Assembly: GCF_009914755.1 (NCBI RefSeq)
Contig: NC_060933.1
Source of the DNA: the human T2T-CHM13v2.0 reference genome, Homo sapiens
Length of the DNA: 64,000 bases
Strand: one strand, 5' to 3'
Shown here piece after piece: positions 54,351 through 64,000 of this stretch. Every line of letters starts with the position of its first letter. The stretch's first letter is position 1. A program made the position numbers and the translations under genes. Under the pieces are notes generated by a model. It was not told the origin of the DNA, did not search any database, and saw only the letters and a list, made by a program, of their open reading frames with translations.

Positions 54351-56324
54351 CTATAAAAACAAAGGGAAGAATCCTAGACTTCAGTTGAAGACTAACACTG
54401 ACCTGATGTTCAAATACAAAGGTACTGTGTGAATCTCTCATTGATTCAAGCGAAGATAATTACACATTTAAATTATTTTAAAATTTAACATTTTAATTTA
54501 ATGGAGTATTTAAATGACTTCAGTATGTTGTCATTTTCAACATTTTAAAAAACATTTAATTATTCAGCAGTTCTTCAAACAGAATATAATGAGAAACAAA
54601 ACAAGACTCTATGGCATCATTATTCTAAGTAATAAAAGGAATGGAGATCTGGGATGTTCAAAATGACCTTTACATTTCAAGCAAACTTAAAATCTCAGGT
54701 TTAACAATATTATTTTAAAAGGAAGTTGGTCAGACATGGTTGCTCATGCCTGTAATCCCAGCACTTTGGGAGGCTGAAGCAGGAGGACTGCATGAGGCCA
54801 GGAGTTCCAGACCAGCCTGGGCAATATAGTGAGACCTGTCTCTACAAAAAAATTTTAAAAATTAGCCGAGCATGGTGGTAGGTGCCTGTATTCCCAGGCT
54901 GCAGTGAACTATGATCACACCATTGCACTCCAGTCTGCATGACAGAGTGAGACCCTGTCTCAGAAAAAAAAAAAGAAGTTGCAGAATAAAATAAGCTTTT
55001 TTTTTTTTAAAGAATGAAATCTTAGTCTCATAAGTAAATACAATTTTAAATGAGCCACTAACTGTAAAACTTAGAAAAATATTTGAATAGAATTTGAAAA
55101 TTCTCATTCACAAAAACTTCACCTTTAAGAATGTATTGCCAGATTTCAGCGTGCAAATATCCATTATTATCACTATTGTATCAAGCACTTTAGTTCTGGT
55201 TCTGAAGTTAGCCTTTTCCCACTAAATTCATATGAATTAGCTAAACTCTTGTCCAAATGGAACAGCAACTGTGGGATGTTCAGATAATCTCTCTCAAAGG
55301 ACCTATCAAAGTACGATTACCTATCATACTTTGAAAAAAGTAAAGAAGTCAGTATGTTAAGCGGAAACCAAGAAAACTTGATTTAACAGTATATGAGACA
55401 TACAGATAATTATAAATAAAAGTACTAACATTATTACAAAAAACTAAAGTAGTTTAAGATTTTACATTACTTTTAATGTTGTATTATATTTCACTTCTTA
55501 AAAAAATCACTGCAATGAAAAGGCTAAAGAGATTTGTTTTCATTTCAACATTTTAAGAGAATCTGGAGGTCATGCAAGGAAGATGGCAAGGACATGCATT
55601 TTATAAAGGAATGCAAATTTCAACAAACAAATGAAGAGGAAAATGTTAAGGATGTTAAGAATTTTTTTATTTTTTTATTTTGCCCAGGCAAATATTTAAT
55701 TATCTTATTTACATCCAAGTTACTTATCTATTCTGACCAATTTCTGGACTGGTATGTTCTGGACAGTGTTACGTTTTTATTCTGAAACAGCATCCCGATA
55801 TTCTACAGATTGAATCCATAAAACAAAATAAAGGACAGAAAACAAAATCATGACAAGGGCTTGAACTTTCACAGTTACGAAAGTACACTGATTTCTACAA
55901 AGACTTTCAGCCATCATGTAGCCATTGACCGGATTCCCCAATGCACTGAAAGCTCAGAAAAATTCAATGATGTGAAATAGATCATTACGCTTGGTTATTC
56001 CATCATCCTTTTCAACTTTGAAACACCAAACTCCTTATGTATATCTAAATGTATTTACATATTATGCTTTTGATACATTTGATAGTGAAGCAAGCATTTA
56101 ATATATGAATTTTCTGATGATTTATGGGCTTTGACATATAACATTTCAGAAAATATGACAGACTGGGGTATCTACAAAATTATCAATCAACAAATAGACC
56201 AGGTTTCAAATTTGGAAGTCTGTCTAGAAAGGCTGAGATGGTCTGTGGGCTACGGGCCATCGTCTTGTAGAAAATAAAGAGAATTCAAGCCCTGCTCACA
56301 ACAGGGAGCATTCCTTTATTGTAC

Positions 56325-56403
56325 CTTCACTATCAGAACGACCTGTGGGGAAAACGCCAGTGGCCGACAGGTAAATCAGAAGCACGCTATTGGCAGGCAG
56401 CTC
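56325..56403 (-). CDS. SCAI: SCAI coding exon, ELPANSVLLIYLSATGVFPTGRSDSE(G)
   Basis: 79 bp; tttcag| and |gtacaa; ends in phase 1. Confidence 0.95.
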
Positions 56404-56844
56404 CTGAAATGAAAGAAAATCACATACACAAAACAACAAACAAGGATAAACAACATGGTTTTATTTAAAGTTCATGACATCTTAAAGTTGTGAAATAAAT
56501 AAGAATGCACTGTTGTCTTTTCCAAGAGAAGAAACGCTCTTCTTGGTCCTGACTTTAAAACTATACACACGGCAGAGATTCATTATTAATCTATATTGTC
56601 AAAAGTTGCAAAGACATTCTCTGCTTCAAAAACCCCATCATTTGGAGAATATTCTCCGAAAACTTGAATGGAGAAGTAAAGATCCTGACTACATGGCTAC
56701 AAGACAAAGTCCCTTCTGTGGCTTTCTCTACATAGACTTTGGGAAGAATTCTCCTATTTCTCACAGTTCTTTCAGATGATCTAAATGTTTCATAGAGCTC
56801 CTTGACTATATAAGAAGCCTAGACACTCTGCTTTTGTTTTTTAG

Positions 56845-57162
<318 letters not shown>

Positions 57163-57473
57163 TAAAATCATTGAGTAATAAAAAACTGGAGGAAGGAGAA
57201 CCACTATTATCATTAATTAATGATGGGAATAATCACAACATCATAAGCAATTTTCATTCCCAAACAGCTATTTCACAGCTTACCAGGAGTACAAAAAAAA
57301 AAAAAGAAACAAAACAAAACAAAAATATCTATTATCAGGATCATTACTCTAAAGGCAGTTTTTCATTTTTATATTTTACCTAAACTCTTAAGTATTTTTT
57401 CAAAAGAGTGACTCTTAGATTTTAGTTAGGGCACACTTTCACCTCATAGTAAAAAGTACTGGATCACACATAC

Positions 57474-57575
57474 CTTAAAAGACGCTGCTAAGAAGGTATA
57501 TAGCTGGCTGAAGGTTGGTTTGTAGAGCAGATACTTGTGGGGGTTTTCTCGTCTAGTAGGCTTGTCAGCTGATTC
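57474..57575 (-). CDS. SCAI: SCAI coding exon, ESADKPTRRENPHKYLLYKPTFSQLYTFLAASFK
   Basis: 102 bp; tatag| and |gtatgt boundaries; continues the frame of the previous exon. Confidence 0.96.
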
Positions 57576-57828
57576 CTATATTTACACACAGAAAACATTA
57601 TACATAAAAGCTGCATTTGACAAATGAATTATCAATATCTATTTTCACTAGCCCTTATCAAGGAAGTCTTATTTTCACACTCAGTCTTACTGTGATGATC
57701 TATTTCTCCATGTCTCATCAAGTGAATTCTTTATTCAAGGCTGTAGTATCTGTTGAATAATCAGCGTTCCAACAGGAGAGACGCAGCCAGAGGGTTACCA
57801 AACTTGCAAATGTAAAAGAGGAGATTAC

Positions 57829-57930
57829 CTGCATTCCTGGTTTATTCATCTGGGAAGCTAAATTCATTGGCTCCCTTTCCAGAGCTTGTAACATCCGGAA
57901 CATGTCAACAGTTAGTTCACTGAACTTAAC
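57829..57930 (-). CDS. SCAI: SCAI coding exon (9th from last), VKFSELTVDMFRMLQALEREPMNLASQMNKPGMQ
   Basis: 102 bp; acceptor ttgcag|, donor |gtaatc; phase 0/0; peptide matches recalled human SCAI. Confidence 0.96.
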
Positions 57931-58240
57931 CTGCAAGAAAAAAAAAAACAAACACAACCTAGCCTTAATGCAACACGCAGACTTTAAAGACTTTTATCAC
58001 GTTACTAGTTGTGACTTTCACATGTACTTCAGGGCTTTGGGTACCTTTTTCTCTAATATTTCGTTACAGAAATTTTCAAGCGATGGAAAGACTGGAAGAA
58101 TTCTACAGTGACATCCATATGTTCATCATCTAGATCCTATAATAAGCATTTTTTATATTTGCTTTTTCACATACCTCTCCAGCCATATACATGTTTACTA
58201 ATCAATAAACTTCCTCAGGTTTTGTTTTTTTAAGTAGTTA

Positions 58241-58570
<330 letters not shown>

Positions 58571-58643
58571 TTAGGTTCTACAAACATGTTAACCTCCACA
58601 GACTGGTGGATGAATTCACACGTGTAGGTAGTGTGCTATGTGA

Positions 58644-58983
<340 letters not shown>

Positions 58984-59078
58984 TGACTTTTCAGCCCGAA
59001 TTCTATACACAGAAGTTTGATAGTAATCCTTGCTACATGAGAAAAAAGAGCTAACTTTTGATGAATTAGCTATGCTGA

Positions 59079-59448
<370 letters not shown>

Positions 59449-59781
59449 TAGTAATTTCTTCCATACATTTTGGCACTACACAATATTTAAGTCTATATCC
59501 TTTTCCAATTTCAGTAATACTTATATAGAACTTCAGGAACACACATGATAATAAAACAGATGAGAATTTTTTAAAGAACATGTTTCTATCAAATAAAAGA
59601 AGAGGAATTATTTAGTTAAGATGAGAATAAGTTTATGAAGATTACTAACTACACTTTCAAACATTTAACTCATTTAATATACGTGTGTGTGTATGTATGT
59701 GAGTTTCGCTCTGTCACTCAGGCTGGAGTGCAACGGCGCAATCTCGGCTCACTGCAACCTCCGCCTCCCACGTTCAAGTGA

Positions 59782-59988
<207 letters not shown>

Positions 59989-60786
59989 TAAAGAAGGGGA
60001 AGAGGTTTAAGGAGATAAGTGGGCACTAATGCCTTGTTTTCCTGTAGTAAGGGTAGCATGGGCCTCCTGGCTAAGAACTGGTTGGTTGGTTGGAAGATGG
60101 CCCCTCCCACACATACACCTATGCCCAAATAAAACTGGATGCACAAAAAGATATGGCCTCAGAGGAGAACACTAGAAACAAATCTGCTCCAGAGACATAA
60201 ACATGAAGGAAACTCTACCTTAGCCTTTGTTCTGAGAAGAGATCAAGAAAAGTCTCCCCCAAGAATTCACGGCCATATGCTGATTCTCATGTGGTTTGAG
60301 AATCTGAATTAACATTATTTGCATGGCTGAAAAATCTATAAGGTTTTTCACTTAAAAAGAACAAAAACTGATACTGCCCCCAAGTTTTGAGGGAAAAAGC
60401 AATGCAGATCTTCGTTGGAAGAAGGCATCCTCAATTCAGGTCTTACAGAATTCTAGCTGACAGAATTACATCAAAGAAGACTCAGAAACAAAAATCATAA
60501 AACGCATGAAGAAAAAAGGCACGCCTGATTCAGCAAACAGAAACAGGATGATACAAACATCATACATAACATGCAAAAGTCTAGGTGTGGCAGCTCACAC
60601 CTGTAATCCCAGCACTTTGGAGGGCCAAGGTGGGAGGATCATTTGAGGCCAGGAGCTGGAGACCAGCCAAGAGGCGGGGATTAAAGAAGGGGCAACATAG
60701 TGAGATGCACACCCCCATCCCCGGTCTCTTAAAAGAAAAAAAGTTAGTTTCATATGCTTAAATAGAAGAAGTAATTAAAATCATGA

Positions 60787-60964
<178 letters not shown>

Positions 60965-62182
60965 TAGCTAGGACTACAGGCGCACGCCACCACGCCCGGC
61001 TAATTTTTGTATTTTTAGTAGAGATGGGGTTTCACCATATTGGTCAGGCTGGTATTGAACTCCTGACCTCGTAATCTGCCCGCCTCGGCCTCCCACAGTG
61101 TGGGGATTACAGGTGTGAGCCACTGCACCTGACCTATACTTTTAAAAATAAAAAATACAATAAATGAAATGTAAAAACTGAGGCCAGGTGTGCTGGCTCG
61201 CACCTGTAATCCCAGCACTTTGGGAGACTGAGGCAGGTGAATCACCTAAGGTCAGGAGTTTGAGACGAGCCTGGCCAACATGGTGAAACCCCATCTCTAC
61301 TAACAAATACAAAAATTAGCTGGGCGCGTAGGGCGTGCCTGTAGTCCTGGCTACTGGGGAGTTTGTGGTGGGAGAATCAACTGAACCAGGGAGGCAGAAG
61401 ATGCAGTGAGCCGAGATCATGCCACTGCATGCTAGCCTGGGTGACAGAGCAAGACTGTCTCAAAACAAAAAGAAAAGAAAGAGAATGCTGGGGGATTTGA
61501 TTATAAATTAATATGCAAGCAAATTATCAGATATATAGTAATTATAAATATTAATATGATAATTTTAAAAGTGAGAAACAAGCAATAGAACAGACCAACA
61601 CACTTGTAGTTAGCATAACTAGAGAGTATAGTTAGCAGAAAAGGACTTTAAAATAACTACTAAGTGTGATCAACAAAATAGACATGGTAGAACACAAATG
61701 AAGAAATAGAGAATTCTGCCAGAGAATTAAAATCTACTAAAAAATAAAAAAGGGCCAGGTGCCGTGGTTCATGCCTATAATCCCAACATTTGGGAGGCTA
61801 GGGCAGAAGGACTGCTTGAGGCCAGGAGTTTGAGACCAGCCTTGGCAATACAGCAACACCCCATCTCTATAAAACATAAACATTTTTGGAAGGCTGAGGC
61901 AGGAAGATCACTTCAGCCTGGGAGGTCAAGGCTACAGTGAGCCATGACTGTGCCACTGCACTCCCACCTGCATGACAGAGCCAGATACTGTCTCTAAAAA
62001 GAAAAAAAAAAAATTTTTTTTAAGACAGGGTCTGCTTCTGTCACCCAGGCTGAAGTGTGTGGCACAATCATGGCTCACTGCAGCCTTGACTTCCCGGGCT
62101 CAAGTGATTCTTCCACCCCAGTCTCCCAAGCAGCTGGGACTAGAGGCACATGACCAACATCCAGCTAAGGTTTGTTTTTTAG

Positions 62183-62490
<308 letters not shown>

Positions 62491-63633
62491 TTTATTTTTT
62501 TCTTTTTGAGACAGAGTCTCACTCTGTCACCCAGGCTGGAGTGCAGTGGCACGAATTTGTCTCATTGCAACCTCTGCCTCCAGAGTTCAAGTGATCCTCC
62601 TGCCTCAGTCTCCCAAGTAGCTGGGATCAAAAGCATAAGCCACCATGCCTGGCTTATTTTTAGTAGAGACAGGGTTTCACCATGTTGGCCAGGCTGGTCT
62701 CGGACTCCTAACCTCAAGTGATCTACCCAGCTAGGCCTCCCAAAGTAATGGGATTACAGGCATGAGCCACTGCCTGGCCTGATATTTGTATTTTTTGTAG
62801 AAATGGGGTTTCATCATGCTGCCCAGGCTAGGAAAAAAAAATTTAATCTATAAAACAAGAATCAAATGGAAAAATCCAGAGCTAAGAAAGACAATATGTG
62901 AAATATGAAACTTAATAAAAGGTTAAATAGCAGATTAAACACATCAGAAGATATGGTTAGTGAAATGGAAAAGAAGTCAACAGAAAACAGCCTAACTTAA
63001 ACCTAGAGAGGAAAAAATGATGAAAAATACAGAAAAGAATATAACAGACACACGTGGCACTGTGAACGGGTCTACAAACATGTAACTGAGTCCTAGAAGT
63101 GGAGCAGAGAAAGAACAGAAGGGAAACAATACTCAGAGACATAATAACCATATTTCAAAATAGATGAAAGACATAAACCCATAGATTCAAGAAACTCTGT
63201 GAACCTCAAGCAGGATAAATAAAGAAAACTGCACCTGAATATAACATAGTAAAACTGCAAAGAATCAAAGAAAGTGAGAAAATCTTAAAAACACACAGAG
63301 GAAAGAAACATTTCCTTAAGTGGATATAATATGTGACTAATAAATCTAACAGACAATTTCTCAACAGAAATGAGAGAAGATAATGAAATTAAATCTTCAA
63401 AGTGCTGAAAAAAAATTATCAAACTCAAGTTGGAGATGTGCAATATACTGTCAGTAAGAGTTAAAAAAGAAATAAGAAAATACATTCAACTGAAAGAAAA
63501 TATAAAATATAAAATATTATAGAAGAAGCAGGATTGGAAAAAATACAAAATATCAAAATATGTAGAATAAAATTAAAGTAATGCTTAAAGAGAATTTTAC
63601 AGCTTTGGATTTTTATTTTATTTATTTATTTAG

Positions 63634-63774
<141 letters not shown>

Positions 63775-64000
63775 TGACTAATTTTTGTATTTTAAGTAGA
63801 GATCAGATTTTGCCATGTTGGCCAGGCTGGTCTAGAACTCCTGACCCTCAGGCGATCTGCCCCACTTTGCCTCCCAAAGTGCATGAGCCACCATGCCCAA
63901 AGGCATGAGTCACCACGCCCAGCCCAGGGATTTTTATACTAGAAGAGGAAAAAGAGCATAGTGGCTCACACCCGTAATCCCAACACTTTGGGAGGCCAAG

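Overview
Primate (very likely human) genomic DNA, dense in Alu and L1 repeats. It holds the 3' half of SCAI (suppressor of cancer cell invasion) on the minus strand: nine coding exons with GT-AG boundaries that splice in frame to 319 aa plus stop, then a long 3' UTR (7167 towards and probably beyond position 1). The most notable structure is in the last intron. A near full-length Tigger2 DNA transposon (~16087-23349) has accumulated nested insertions: several Alus, a twin-primed L1 fragment, a ~850-bp templated self-duplication, and a 2.2-kb processed frataxin (FXN) retrocopy bounded by an 18-bp target-site duplication (TSD). The retrocopy has the same sense as SCAI and keeps an uninterrupted frame over FXN residues ~24-210, including Met76. 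It has lost the mitochondrial targeting signal and is fused in frame to Tigger2 sequence. Other observations are an Alu-Alu unequal-crossover duplication, a short templated insertion, a fused inverted Alu pair, a UGUA/Pumilio motif cluster in the 3' UTR and a candidate poison exon. Nearly all other ORFs in the track are repeat-derived noise. Gene and repeat names come from recalled sequences, not database searches.
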